From Pyrinomonadaceae bacterium (lineage in GTDB: Bacteria; Acidobacteriota; Blastocatellia; Pyrinomonadales; Pyrinomonadaceae): 64,000 bases of DNA. Location: assembly GCA_041746675.1 (NCBI GenBank), contig JBGTGO010000050.1:958-64957 (forward strand), in the 5' to 3' direction. Both the position numbers and the translations under genes were made by a program. The notes below the pieces were generated by a model. It saw nothing but the letters and a program-made list of their open reading frames with translations. It did not search any database and was not told the DNA's origin. Every line of letters begins with the position of its first letter. The stretch's first letter is position 1. This document shows positions 1-10,631 of this stretch, piece after piece.

Positions 1-1
1 G

Positions 2-910
2 CTCAACGACCTCAACGGGCAGATAAAGGAAACCGACAAGCGCATCGCGGAAATCGAAAAACAGCTTGCCGCAACGCAAACGCGCGTTTCGACGCAAAGC
101 CGCATTATGCCGAATCAGGAATCGGTCGAGCGGTTCAACACGATGCTCGTCGAACTTCGCAATCGACGCACTCAACTGCTGACTAAATTTCAGCCCGAAG
201 ACCGGCTCGTCAAAGAAGTTGACGAGCAGATTCGCACGACAACCGACGCTCTCTCGAAAGCTAAACAGACGACTTACAGCGAACAGGCTTCGGATTTGAA
301 TCCGCTTCGCCAATCGCTCGAAAGCGAGTTGAACAAAGCCCGCATTGAGCAAGCCGGACGCTATCCGCTGCGCACGAATTTGGCGATGCAGGTAAATTTA
401 TACAGACAGCAGTTGGAACAGCTCAAAGGAGCGACGACGACGAACGACGATTTGACCAGACAAGTAAAAAAAGCGGATGACAGTTATCGGCTTTACGCAC
501 AGAAACAGGAAGAATCAAGAATTTCGGACGAACTCGATAAGCAGAAAGTTTCCAACGTCTCAATTCTCGAAGCGCCGACCGTGCCGCACGTTCCCTTTAA
601 AACCAATCGCCCGCTGACCGTTCTGCTCGGCATCGGAATGGGCTTGCTGCTCGGTTTCGGCTGTGCCATCGTCGCCGAATTTTTCCGCGAAACGATTCAC
701 ACGCCGCGCGAACTCGAAGCCTTAACCGGAATGCCGGTCGTGGCGACTGTGCCGCTTAATTCTAAAGTTCCGCAGCGGCTAAATATAAAAACTTACCGGC
801 AGGCTGAAACGGCGATTGACACGGACGATTCCTCAACCGACGCAGAGGACGAAGATTACGTTATCAAATTTATGAACAGCAAAAATCAATCGATTTATTC
901 AAAACATTAA
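2..910 (+). CDS. Polysaccharide co-polymerase (Wzz/GumC-type chain-length determinant), C-terminal part; 5' end outside window
   Basis: The frame of the 107..910 ORF stays open to the window edge. It has a Q/E/K/R-rich coiled-coil-like stretch, a Pro-rich motif (EAPTVPHVPFKTNRP) and a terminal TM helix (LTVLLGIGMGLLLGFGCAIVAEFF), as in PCP proteins. Kinase-like, OPX and initiating transferase genes follow. Confidence 0.7.
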   Translation, partial: LNDLNGQIKETDKRIAEIEKQLAATQTRVSTQSRIMPNQESVERFNTMLVELRNRRTQLLTKFQPEDRLVKEVDEQIRTTTDALSKAKQTTYSEQASDLNPLRQSLESELNKARIEQAGRYPLRTNLAMQVNLYRQQLEQLKGATTTNDDLTRQVKKADDSYRLYAQKQEESRISDELDKQKVSNVSILEAPTVPHVPFKTNRPLTVLLGIGMGLLLGFGCAIVAEFFRETIHTPRELEALTGMPVVATVPLNSKVPQRLNIKTYRQAETAIDTDDSSTDAEDEDYVIKFMNSKNQSIYSKH

Positions 911-952
911 AGTATTGGTTCGGCATTGCCGGATAGTCGAGAGAAGAATTTT

Positions 953-1576
953 ATGCAGCAGTATTTACAAGTTTTTTTAAACAATATTCAGAAGAAAAAC
1001 CGCAAATCCGGTATGTGTTTCGCCGTCGCTTTTACTTCCTACGAACCGGAAGAAGGTGTCAGTTACGTTACGCAGTCGTTCGGCATCGAAATCGCTAAAC
1101 GCACGGGCAAGCGAACGCTGATTGCCGACGCAAGGCATCTATCGCAGCTGAATATTATGCAGTATGAACGCATCGCGGAAAACTGTTTTCCGACAGATGT
1201 GGCTAATCTCTGGAATCTGCCGCCCGAAGAGGTTCACGGGCAGCAGGAAAACGTCGAAGAAATCGAAGGCGACGAAACCTATTTGCAAACTTTTGCCGAC
1301 AATCCGATTGAAAATTCGATCAACAATCTGCAAACGCTGCGCTACGCTTTTGATTATATTCTGCTTGATTGTCCGGCATTGCGGGTTTCAGACGAAGCGG
1401 TTTTTTTAGCTCCCGAAACAGATGGTGTAATGGTTGTGGTCGAAGCCGACCGAACCAGGCGCGAACAGATTCAAAACGCACAGCAGACGATTGAAGCGGC
1501 AGACGGCAATCTGCTCGGGTTTATTTTGAACAAACGGCAATACACCGTTCCGAAATGGCTTTACAACCGGCTGTAG
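953..1576 (+). CDS. BY-kinase-like P-loop ATPase partner of the co-polymerase, with a degenerate Walker A
   Basis: CpsD/Wzc-C-terminal-like layout: SYEPEEGVSYV where GxxGxGK[ST] is expected, a Walker A'-like TLIADARH, a Walker B-like YILLDCPAL, and GFILNK. I prefer the ATG at 953 over the TTG at 926. Confidence 0.6.
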   Translation: MQQYLQVFLNNIQKKNRKSGMCFAVAFTSYEPEEGVSYVTQSFGIEIAKRTGKRTLIADARHLSQLNIMQYERIAENCFPTDVANLWNLPPEEVHGQQENVEEIEGDETYLQTFADNPIENSINNLQTLRYAFDYILLDCPALRVSDEAVFLAPETDGVMVVVEADRTRREQIQNAQQTIEAADGNLLGFILNKRQYTVPKWLYNRL

Positions 1577-1589
1577 GAGAATTTTTGCG

Positions 1590-2282
1590 ATGAGATTTTA
1601 TTTTATTTTAGCAGTCATTCTGACGATATCGCTTTTTACTTTAACGAGTTCGGCACAGACCGATTTGCCCGTTTCGGCGGTTAAACCGGTGCGAAGCGAA
1701 GCACCGCAGTTAAAGAATTTCGACGGCAATCGCTACCGGCTCAATCCCGGCGACGTGGTTGAAATTATCTATCGCTACTCGCCGGAATTTAATCAGACCG
1801 TCACGATTCAGCCGGACGGTTTCGTGATGCTTCAAATCGTCGGCGAACTAAAAATCGGCGGTTTGACGGGTGAAGAAGCACGGTTGAAGGTTTTAGAAAA
1901 CGCCGGCAAACGCTTGAAAGACCCGGAAATCAACCTGCTGCTCAAGGAGTTTCAGAAACCGTTTTTCGTCGTTTCCGGCGAGGTCGTTCAACCCGGAAAA
2001 TTTGAGTTAAATCAAAGTTATACCGCACTCCAAGCCGTAATGCTCGCGGGCGGTTTCAAAGATTCGGCAAAGTCTTCGCAAATTCTCGTGTTTCGCCGCA
2101 TCAATTCTGACACGGCGGAAGTTAAATTGCTCAACTTGAAAGGCATAAAAAAGACTGACGATTTGGAAAACGATTTCGCGCTCGAACCCGGCGATATGCT
2201 GATGGTTCCGCGCAATACGATTACGAAAGTCGAACGCTACATAAAATTCGCCAACCTTGCCAACATTTTCAGACAATTTTAA
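1590..2282 (+). CDS. Outer-membrane polysaccharide export (OPX/Wza-family) protein, short form
   Basis: Signal peptide (…FTLTSSAQ), Poly_export-type motif YRLNPGDVVEI, and an SLBB-like C-terminal part with EPGDMLMVP. Only 230 aa. Confidence 0.75.
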   Translation: MRFYFILAVILTISLFTLTSSAQTDLPVSAVKPVRSEAPQLKNFDGNRYRLNPGDVVEIIYRYSPEFNQTVTIQPDGFVMLQIVGELKIGGLTGEEARLKVLENAGKRLKDPEINLLLKEFQKPFFVVSGEVVQPGKFELNQSYTALQAVMLAGGFKDSAKSSQILVFRRINSDTAEVKLLNLKGIKKTDDLENDFALEPGDMLMVPRNTITKVERYIKFANLANIFRQF

Positions 2283-2297
2283 GGATTTAATATACTT

Positions 2298-3746
2298 ATG
2301 ACGACACCGCAGGGACAACTTTCGACACTGGCACTCAAAGCGGCGGATTCGCTGCTGCTGCTGCTCGCCTTATTGCTGGCGGAAATTATCAATTACGCGC
2401 CGGAATCAGAGTTGAATACAGTAGCTTATTCCGTGGATTTTTTGGCGACGCGCGTCAAATTAAGCAACGCGATTTTGTGCGTTTCTTTGCTGATTATCTG
2501 GCACGTCTTTTTTAATATGTGCGGCTTGTATCGCTCGCATCGTCTGCGCGGTCTGCGCGAAGAATTGAAACAAGTGTGGCAGGCGGCGGCTTTGTGTGCG
2601 TCGATTTTGTTGATTGCCGCACAGCTCGGCAGTTGGAAAACGATAGACTTGGGGGTTATTGCGGCTTTTTGGTGTTTCGCGGTTTTCTCGTGCGGCGGCA
2701 TCCGGTTTATGTCGCGCAGATTCTTGCGAATGCAGCGTCGGAACGGACGATATTTGAAGACGCTGCTCATCATCGGCGGCGGACATCGTGCCGAGCAGTT
2801 TGCCGATATGCTCGTGCATCAAAAAGATTTGGGATATCGCCTGATCGGTTTCGTTGACAATGAAAAGATTTACGGCAAACGCGAATTAGCGGGAACCCCG
2901 TGGCTCGGCGGTCTTGAAAATTTAGGGGAAATCGTCGCCCGTGAGGCGATTGACGACGTGGCGGTCACGTTGCCGATAAAATCTCATTACACGGAAATTC
3001 AAAAGGTAATTTCGCTGCTTGAAGAACAAGGCATTGCGACGCATTTGTTATCAGACTTTTTTCCGAGACATCTGGCACGCTGTCAGCCTATGGAATTTGA
3101 AGGCAAACCGTTGCTTTTCTTTCATAGTGCGCCGCTCTTTAGCTGGCGCACCGAAGTTAAACGCCTGATTGATTTAATTGCCGCCGTCGCACTTTTGATA
3201 ATACTCGCACCGGTTTTCGCCGTCATCTCCGTTCTGATCAAATTCGATTCGCCCGGTTCGGTCTTTTTTACGCAGGAACGACTAGGTTATAACAAACGGC
3301 GGTTTCGGATGATAAAATTCCGCACGATGATGATGGATGCCGAAGCACGGATGGAGGAAATTGAACATCTCAACGAAAAGGAAGGTCCAATTTTCAAGAT
3401 AAAAAACGATCCGCGAATCACGCGGCTCGGACGAATTCTCCGCAAGTCGAGTCTCGACGAACTGCCGCAGTTTTTAAATGTGCTGCTCGGCGATATGAGT
3501 TTTGTCGGACCGCGCCCGCTTTCCGTCCGCGATGCCGACCGCGTAGAAGAAAGCTGGCAGAAACGCCGTTTCAGCGTGCGTCCCGGCTTGACCTGTCTGT
3601 GGCAGGTTTCCGGTCGCAGTAATCTCTCGTTTGAACAATGGATGAAACTCGATTTGGAATATATCGACCATTGGTCATTGTTACTGGATTGGTGGATTCT
3701 GCTGCGCACGATTCCGGCGGTTTTGACTTCGCGCGGTGCGGTTTGA
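2298..3746 (+). CDS. Polyprenyl-phosphate glycosylphosphotransferase (WbaP/EpsB-type initiating sugar transferase)
   Basis: N-terminal TM segments, a central Rossmann-like [14 protein letters not shown], and C-terminal bacterial sugar transferase motifs [21 protein letters not shown] and [22 protein letters not shown]. Confidence 0.9.
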   Translation: MTTPQGQLSTLALKAADSLLLLLALLLAEIINYAPESELNTVAYSVDFLATRVKLSNAILCVSLLIIWHVFFNMCGLYRSHRLRGLREELKQVWQAAALCASILLIAAQLGSWKTIDLGVIAAFWCFAVFSCGGIRFMSRRFLRMQRRNGRYLKTLLIIGGGHRAEQFADMLVHQKDLGYRLIGFVDNEKIYGKRELAGTPWLGGLENLGEIVAREAIDDVAVTLPIKSHYTEIQKVISLLEEQGIATHLLSDFFPRHLARCQPMEFEGKPLLFFHSAPLFSWRTEVKRLIDLIAAVALLIILAPVFAVISVLIKFDSPGSVFFTQERLGYNKRRFRMIKFRTMMMDAEARMEEIEHLNEKEGPIFKIKNDPRITRLGRILRKSSLDELPQFLNVLLGDMSFVGPRPLSVRDADRVEESWQKRRFSVRPGLTCLWQVSGRSNLSFEQWMKLDLEYIDHWSLLLDWWILLRTIPAVLTSRGAV

Positions 3747-3758
3747 CAGACTAACAAT

Positions 3759-5321
3759 ATGACCAACCGCACTCAAATGCAAAATATACGAAAGATTCGT
3801 CCCGCCCGCAGACGCTCGTCGCTTCTGTGGCTGATACCGACACAGTTGGCGGCAGTTATTACCGCTTTGGGAGCGGCAATGGGCGAAAATCTTTTGCGGA
3901 TGGTTTTACTCGGCGGAATGTTAAGCACGATGCTCGTGCCGCTGATGGTCAGTCTTGAAGCGGGATTGATGGCGATTATGATTTTTGAGCCGTTTCGCGG
4001 ATTTCTGCGGCGGGCACAGTATATTCTCGTTCCATATTCGCAAACCGAGCCGATTCACTTACTTGTTCCCGTTGCTACGTTCGCCGCTTTTACAATCATT
4101 TTATTTCGCCACAAACTCGAAACGATTCGGCTCACACCGCTTGCCGGATGGACAACGGTGCTGGCAGCGATTTGTTTCGTGCAGATTTTCAATCCGCTGC
4201 AAGGCGGCATTTTTATTGGTTTTACCGGTGCACTTTTTTATCTCGTGCCGATGGCTTGGTTTTATTTCGGGCAAACCGTCAAAGAAGAATTCGTCCCGAA
4301 GTTGTTACGCGTCATCGTCGGTCTCGGTTTAATTACGTCGCTTTACGGCGTTTATCAGCTTGTTTTCGGTTATCCGTCTTTCGAGAAATACTGGATTGAT
4401 AACACCGACCTTTACAGCTCAATCGCCGTTTTTAACATTCAGCGTGCTTTGGCGACATTCAATAATTCGGAAGAATGGGGAAGATACATTCAAATCGGCT
4501 GCACCATCGCCATCGGCTTGGGAATGTCGCGTGAGGAAGGCGGCAAGCGTCTTGCGTGGTTCAGTGCCGCCGGTTTGCTGTTTTTAATGATTGCTTTCAC
4601 CGGACAGCGTACCTCGATTTTCGGCGTGATGCTGTCCGGTGCGATTTTATTTTTGACCGGTGCAAAAAGTTTTATGAATGCCGTCGCCAGACTAATGCTG
4701 ATGTGTACTCCAATCGTTTTGATAGTCGCTTTATCCAACCCGATGAGCGACGATGCCGGTTACGAAATTGACGAGAGCGACCGCATCGGCACGATGCTGA
4801 CGCACACGACGAAAGGCACGGTCAACCCGACGGGCGAAGGCAGTTTGGACGCACGATTTGACACCTGGACAAATGTTATCACGCGAGATTTACCGTCAAA
4901 TCCGGTCGGCACGGGCTTAGGCTCGACGACGCTTGCCGCCAGCCGCGAACGAATTGACGATGATGTGCCGATTGACAACCATTTTTTAAGTCTGGCGATT
5001 TCCGCCGGAATTCCCGCCGCACTGCTTCTAATTTTTATATTAGTTCGTGCCGCCATTTTTTGTTTTCGCGGCTGGCGGCGTTCCGAATCCGGGACGAGCG
5101 AAGAGAATTTGTGGCGAATAATGTTGGCTTTGATGGCGGCGTTTATTCTCAATAATTTTTTCGGCACGTCATTTACGATCTACTCGGTCGCACCGATTGG
5201 CTGGCTGCTCGTCGGCTATATCAGTGCCGCTTACGGTAAACAGGAATCAGAGCTTGCCGAAAGCCGCACCGCCGTCGAAGAAAACTCCCGATGGCTGAAC
5301 GCTGAAAGAGATTCATATTAA
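3759..5321 (+). CDS. O-antigen ligase/Wzy-like polymerase family membrane protein
   Basis: Many hydrophobic segments plus one large hydrophilic loop. Has a Wzy_C-like stretch ([20 protein letters not shown]). Sits inside a Wzx/Wzy-type locus. Confidence 0.6.
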   Translation: MTNRTQMQNIRKIRPARRRSSLLWLIPTQLAAVITALGAAMGENLLRMVLLGGMLSTMLVPLMVSLEAGLMAIMIFEPFRGFLRRAQYILVPYSQTEPIHLLVPVATFAAFTIILFRHKLETIRLTPLAGWTTVLAAICFVQIFNPLQGGIFIGFTGALFYLVPMAWFYFGQTVKEEFVPKLLRVIVGLGLITSLYGVYQLVFGYPSFEKYWIDNTDLYSSIAVFNIQRALATFNNSEEWGRYIQIGCTIAIGLGMSREEGGKRLAWFSAAGLLFLMIAFTGQRTSIFGVMLSGAILFLTGAKSFMNAVARLMLMCTPIVLIVALSNPMSDDAGYEIDESDRIGTMLTHTTKGTVNPTGEGSLDARFDTWTNVITRDLPSNPVGTGLGSTTLAASRERIDDDVPIDNHFLSLAISAGIPAALLLIFILVRAAIFCFRGWRRSESGTSEENLWRIMLALMAAFILNNFFGTSFTIYSVAPIGWLLVGYISAAYGKQESELAESRTAVEENSRWLNAERDSY

Positions 5322-5325
5322 ATAA

Positions 5326-6111
5326 ATGCCTATTTTACAAATGATTCGGACTGATCCGGATAATTCGGTGACGGAAGCTTGCCGGCAATTTCCGTCCGTC
5401 GAATTAACGCTGGAAAGCGGTGTGGCAGACGTTTGGCTGGCACGGCTGGACGCTGAAAACACGGCAGAATTAGAGTTGATCATATCCGCTGACGAGCGAG
5501 CAAGAGCCGCACGTTTTCGGTTTGAAACGGACAAAAAAAAGTTCATCGCGGCACGTGCTATTTTGAGAATCATTCTCGGCAAATATCTGCGAACAAATCC
5601 GCACGAAATTTGTTTTGAATATAATCAATACGGCAAGCCGTCAATCGGCGGAGGACGGCGGACAGAAATCAAATTCAATCTTTCGCATTCGGACAATCTC
5701 GCACTTTTTGCCGTTACTAAAACGCGGGAAATCGGTATTGACATCGAGTGCGTTAAGCCAGGACTTGTTGATGAATCAATGGTGTCGCAGTGCCTGACGT
5801 GGCGGGAAACCGAGCATCTTCAAACACTTTCCGAAACAGACCGGGATTTGTTTTTTTTCGATTGCTGGACCCGCAAAGAAGCCTTTCTCAAAGCGTGGGG
5901 AAAAGGTTTGTCGCTGCCGCCTAATGAAATTGAAACATTATCGCTTTCAAAATTTTCAGCCGGTTTTTTTGAACACGGTGCAGAATCTCCGAAAATCTTT
6001 TGGGCTTTTCAAAAACTTCCTTCAATTTCGGGTTACGCGGCGGCGTTGGCAATTGAAGGCGGAAGCGTGCCGGTAAGATTCCGGCGACTTTCGGCGGCGG
6101 ACTTATTATAA
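5326..6111 (+). CDS. Sfp-type 4'-phosphopantetheinyl transferase
   Basis: Motifs GKPSI, FNLSHSDNLALFAV, EIGIDIE and WTRKEAFLKAWGKGL. Lies immediately upstream of the NRPS genes. Confidence 0.85.
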   Translation: MPILQMIRTDPDNSVTEACRQFPSVELTLESGVADVWLARLDAENTAELELIISADERARAARFRFETDKKKFIAARAILRIILGKYLRTNPHEICFEYNQYGKPSIGGGRRTEIKFNLSHSDNLALFAVTKTREIGIDIECVKPGLVDESMVSQCLTWRETEHLQTLSETDRDLFFFDCWTRKEAFLKAWGKGLSLPPNEIETLSLSKFSAGFFEHGAESPKIFWAFQKLPSISGYAAALAIEGGSVPVRFRRLSAADLL

Positions 6112-6458
6112 TAAATTCGAAAACACGCAGTAAAAACCAACTTTTGACCTCTAAATTTCAAAAGCCGTAAAAAATGAATCAGTTACGTTTATCGTGCTGT
6201 TCATTATTCACTCTGCACTGTTTGTCCGAAAAAATAAATTCCGCTCTCTGCCGTCTTCCTATTTATATTGGCTCGACAGCGTAATTTTTATTGGAAATAC
6301 AACTCTATTATCAATCTCTAAACGCATACGAGAGAGATTCGACCGGAGTTTGCAAAAAATTCACATCTGCTTAAGTCATCATAAAGCGAATCCGAAGCGA
6401 AAGCTCAGGGCTTTTCCGCGTCAGCTATCGGGAAAAAGATTGGTAAAAAATAAAATTT

Positions 6459-9400
6459 ATGGACGGAACATTAACGAAACGACTGGAAAATCTATCGCCC
6501 GCCAAGCGTGTTCTGCTTGAAATGAAGCTAAAGGAGAGAACTGCCGCTTCGATTAAAGAACCGTTTTCGATTTCAAAACGGCAGAATGCCGATGTCGCAC
6601 CGTTGTCTTCAAATCAGGAAAGTCTGCTTTTTATGGAGCGGCTCAATCCGAACACCGCGACCTATAATCTTTATGAAGCGATACAAATAACGGGAGATTT
6701 GAATTTCGATGCCTTGCAGAAAACTATTGATGAGATTGTCGTGCGGCACGAATCGCTGCGGACGAATTTCAGAGAAATCGACGGTCAGACGCGGCAAATT
6801 ATCAATCCACCGCAGAGCGTTCAGATAAAAATTTCCGAATTGCCGCAATCGTCGGTTGAAGAACAGGAGCGGCTGGCACTTGAGATATTAAACGCCGAAG
6901 TCAATCGCCCGATGGATTTGCGGCGGGACTTATTGATCGAAGCGACGCTGGTTAAACTCGCCGCCCACGAACATTTTTTTCTGATCAAAATGCACCACAT
7001 TATCAGCGACGGCTGGTCAATGGGCGTTTTTTGGAAGGAATTTACGCACCTTTATCAAAGTTTTTCTCAAGATGAAACGCCTGCACTGCCCATACTTCCG
7101 ATTCAATTTGGCGATTACGCAATTTGGGCAAGCGAACAACTTATAAAAGAAGAAACGCGGCAAGTTGAATATTGGAAAAATCAACTGAAAGACGCACCTG
7201 TTTTGTTGGAATTGCCGACGAGCCGTCCGCGTCCCGCCGTCCAGACCTACCGCGGGACACAGGAAATCAGTCTTCTTCCGGTTGAACTCGGTAATAAATT
7301 AAAAGAATTCAGTCGCCGGGAAAACGTTACTCTTTTTATGACTCTGCTGGCGGCTTTCAATGTTCTGCTCGCACGATATACGGGACAGGAAGATTTAATC
7401 GTCGGCACGCCGTTTGCCGGTCGCAGCCGCACGGAAACCGAGAATCTAATCGGCTTTTTCGTCAACACGCTCTCGCTGCGTGCCGATTTATCGGGCGACC
7501 CGACGTTTCGACAATTATTGCGGCAAACGAGAGACTCGACGCTCGAAGCGTTTTCTTATCAGGATTTGCCGTTTGAACAAGTCGTCGCCGCCGTTCAACC
7601 TGAACGCAGCTTGAGTTATAATCCGATATTTCAAGTCGCTTTCGCACTTCAACCCGACTCGGAATCGTCGCTGGAAATTTCAGGACTGGAAATTCAAACG
7701 GTCAAACTCGGTTCGGTAACGTCTAAATTCGATTTGTTTCTGTCCGCTAAAGAAACGGCTGACGGTTTGTCCGTGACCGTCGAATACAGCACCGATCTAT
7801 TTGATTCCGACACCATCAAGCGACTGATGAATCATTACCGAAATCTGCTCGAAGCTCTGGTCGTCAATCCGAAACGGTGCATTTCGGAATTTCAATTATT
7901 AAGCGAATCGGAACGGCAGCAAATACTGGTTGATTGGAACGACACGACAACCGAATACCCGAATCAATGTCTGCAGCAGCTTTTTGAAGCACAAGCCGCA
8001 AAACAACCGGAGGCGATTGCCGTTAACGCACCGGAAGGCAGTCTTACTTACGACCAATTAAATCGGCAAGCTAACAAAATCGCACATTATCTTAGAAAAT
8101 GCGGTGTTCAGCCGAATTCGCCGGTCGGAATTTTTATGGAGCGTTCGGCGTTAATGACGGCGGGCATTCTCGGCATTTTGAAAGCCGGCGGTGCGTATCT
8201 GCCGCTCGATGCGGGCAGTCCGCAAACAAGATTGCGGCAAATGATTGAAAACGCTGATACAAAAGTGATTTTAACGAATGCCGAAAAAATATCTCTGCTG
8301 CCGACAACCGATGCGAAAGTGATTTGTCTCGATACCGATTGGGAAACTATCGCTGCCGAAAATGACGATAATCCGTCGAATTTGAATCAGCCGACTGATT
8401 TGGCATATGTGATTTACACATCCGGTTCAACCGGCGAGCCGAAAGGAACGCTGATTCCGCACCGTGCCGTCAACCGTTTGGTTTTTAACACCAATTACAT
8501 CCAAATTGATTCGACCGACTGTATCGCACACGTTTCCAATGTCGCGTTCGATGCCGCCACTTTTGAATTATGGGGTGCACTTCTGCACGGAGCAAGGTTG
8601 GTTATTTTCAATAAAGATTTACTTCTTTCGCCCGAAGAATTCAGTCTGGAATTAAAGAAGTGGAAAGTTTCGGCGATGTTTTTAACCTCGTCGCTTTTCA
8701 ATCTTTTGTCCCGCGTCAAACCGGACGCGTTTCAAACGTTGAAAACGCTCATCGTCGGCGGCGAAGCACTTGACCCGACGGCTGTCCGCTATGTGCTGGA
8801 AAATAATCCGCCCGCCAGATTGGTCAATGGTTACGGACCGACCGAAACAACGACTTTCGCCGTTTGCCGCGAGATAAAAAATGTCGCCCCCGATGCTCAG
8901 ACGATCCCGATTGGGCGACCGATTTCAAACACCGCGATTTATATATTAGATTCAAACCAAAATCCGGTTCCGATTGGTGTGAGAGGCGAAATTTACATCG
9001 GCGGCGATGGTTTAGCACAAGGTTATTTGAATCATCCCGAACTGACGGCGGAAAAATTCATTTCGCTTTCATTGAATAAATTAGGTGTATCCGTTGCCGA
9101 TTCGATGAACGATGAAACTCAAAACGTCAGATTATACCGAACCGGCGACATTGGACGTTATTTGCCGGACGGAGCTATCGAATTCATCGGACGAACTGAT
9201 AATCAGATCAAACTACGCGGGTTTCGCATCGAATTGGGCGAAATCGAAGCCGCCGTCAATTCACATCCGGCAATCAAAGAAGGCATCGTCGCCGTCAAAA
9301 AAACGGGCGGCGAAAAGAAAATAGTCGCGTATTATGTTCTCGCCGAAGGTGCTGCACTGACGAGCGGAGACGCACGCGATTTTCTAAAGGAACGGCTGCC

Positions 9401-10607
9401 GGATTATATGATTCCGTCGGTATTTTTTGAAGTCACCGAATTTGTCCTTAATCAGAACGGCAAAATTGACCGCCGCAAACTGCCCGCACTCGAAGAAATT
9501 TCGGTTCCCGCAACGGCGGCGATTGAAACGCCGAAAGACGAGTTGGAGATAAAACTGACGTGGATTTGGCAGAAAGTTCTCGGACTGAAATCAATCGGCA
9601 TTAACGACAATTTTTTTGAATGCGGCGGACATTCGCTCGCCGCCGTCCGGCTGTTTTCGGAAATTGAAAAGACGCTCGGCTGCCGTCTGCCACTGGCATC
9701 CCTCTTTGAGTCGCCGACCATTGATCGGCTCGCTGCTTTGATTCGTGCGGGCGGCTGGAAATCCGATTGGCAAGCACTTGTTCCGCTGCGACCGACGGGC
9801 GGCAAACCGCCGTTTTTCTGCGTTCATGCAGTCGGCGGAAACATTCTCGAATACAAAGACCTCGCCGGACATCTGGATTCAGACCAGCCTTTCTACGGTT
9901 TGCAGTCATTCGGTCTGGACGGTAGATCCGCACCGCTCACCGATATTGAACAAATGGCAATTGCGTATCTCAAGGAGGTTCGGAAAATTCAGCCGCAGGG
10001 TCCGTATTATCTCGGCGGACGTTCTTTCGGCGGAATGGTCGCTTATGAAATGGCTCGGCAGCTCGTCGAACAGGGAGAAACGGTCGCACTGCTGGCAATT
10101 CTCGACACTTACCCGAAAGGCTGGCTGAAAACTTATTCCGATGACGAAGCACGCAGCTTTAGAAAACAATTTCGGCAGATGAGAATCAAAAGCCATCTGG
10201 AAAATTGGAAACAATTAGACATCACCGGAAAAGCTGAGTATTTTCTCGAAAAAGCCAATTTCAAAAAACGCAAATACAAAAATCTGTTATGGCAATACAC
10301 GCGAAAATCGAGTGATAAAACGAAGCAGTCGGTTGGTGCGACGATTCGCAATATCGAAGAAATAAATTATCTCGCCATCAGAAAATTTGTTCCGAAATTT
10401 TATCCGGGAATCGTAACCTTTTTCGGTGCAAGCGAAGAAATTTGCCCCGAAGAGAATTTGACCGGCTGGCGACGGCTGGCACAGGGCGGTGTCGAAGTCG
10501 TCGAAGTTCCCGGCGATCATCAGACGATGATTAAAGAGCCGTATGTGGGCGAGTTGGCGGAAGCCCTCGAAAAAAGTATTAGTCTTTCGATGAACAACAA
10601 AAGTTAG
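6459..10607 (+). CDS. Non-ribosomal peptide synthetase, terminal module C-A-T-TE
   Basis: C domain HHIISDGWS (6993-7013). A domain LAYVIYTSGSTGEPKG, NGYGPTETT and NQNGKIDRRKLP. Carrier FFECGGHSLAA (Ser codon 9633-9635). Thioesterase GGRSFGG (Ser codon 10023-10025) and PGDH. Confidence 0.95.
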   Translation: MDGTLTKRLENLSPAKRVLLEMKLKERTAASIKEPFSISKRQNADVAPLSSNQESLLFMERLNPNTATYNLYEAIQITGDLNFDALQKTIDEIVVRHESLRTNFREIDGQTRQIINPPQSVQIKISELPQSSVEEQERLALEILNAEVNRPMDLRRDLLIEATLVKLAAHEHFFLIKMHHIISDGWSMGVFWKEFTHLYQSFSQDETPALPILPIQFGDYAIWASEQLIKEETRQVEYWKNQLKDAPVLLELPTSRPRPAVQTYRGTQEISLLPVELGNKLKEFSRRENVTLFMTLLAAFNVLLARYTGQEDLIVGTPFAGRSRTETENLIGFFVNTLSLRADLSGDPTFRQLLRQTRDSTLEAFSYQDLPFEQVVAAVQPERSLSYNPIFQVAFALQPDSESSLEISGLEIQTVKLGSVTSKFDLFLSAKETADGLSVTVEYSTDLFDSDTIKRLMNHYRNLLEALVVNPKRCISEFQLLSESERQQILVDWNDTTTEYPNQCLQQLFEAQAAKQPEAIAVNAPEGSLTYDQLNRQANKIAHYLRKCGVQPNSPVGIFMERSALMTAGILGILKAGGAYLPLDAGSPQTRLRQMIENADTKVILTNAEKISLLPTTDAKVICLDTDWETIAAENDDNPSNLNQPTDLAYVIYTSGSTGEPKGTLIPHRAVNRLVFNTNYIQIDSTDCIAHVSNVAFDAATFELWGALLHGARLVIFNKDLLLSPEEFSLELKKWKVSAMFLTSSLFNLLSRVKPDAFQTLKTLIVGGEALDPTAVRYVLENNPPARLVNGYGPTETTTFAVCREIKNVAPDAQTIPIGRPISNTAIYILDSNQNPVPIGVRGEIYIGGDGLAQGYLNHPELTAEKFISLSLNKLGVSVADSMNDETQNVRLYRTGDIGRYLPDGAIEFIGRTDNQIKLRGFRIELGEIEAAVNSHPAIKEGIVAVKKTGGEKKIVAYYVLAEGAALTSGDARDFLKERLPDYMIPSVFFEVTEFVLNQNGKIDRRKLPALEEISVPATAAIETPKDELEIKLTWIWQKVLGLKSIGINDNFFECGGHSLAAVRLFSEIEKTLGCRLPLASLFESPTIDRLAALIRAGGWKSDWQALVPLRPTGGKPPFFCVHAVGGNILEYKDLAGHLDSDQPFYGLQSFGLDGRSAPLTDIEQMAIAYLKEVRKIQPQGPYYLGGRSFGGMVAYEMARQLVEQGETVALLAILDTYPKGWLKTYSDDEARSFRKQFRQMRIKSHLENWKQLDITGKAEYFLEKANFKKRKYKNLLWQYTRKSSDKTKQSVGATIRNIEEINYLAIRKFVPKFYPGIVTFFGASEEICPEENLTGWRRLAQGGVEVVEVPGDHQTMIKEPYVGELAEALEKSISLSMNNKS

Positions 10608-10631
10608 ATTTACTTTTGAATGGAGTGAAAC

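Noticed and set aside
6194-6520. 108-aa ORF in the 350-nt leader of the first NRPS gene, overlapping its start.
   Set aside because: Lys/Arg/Ser-rich with no domain, and it overlaps the NRPS start in another frame. I treat it as non-coding leader. I could not find a convincing promoter or riboswitch there either.
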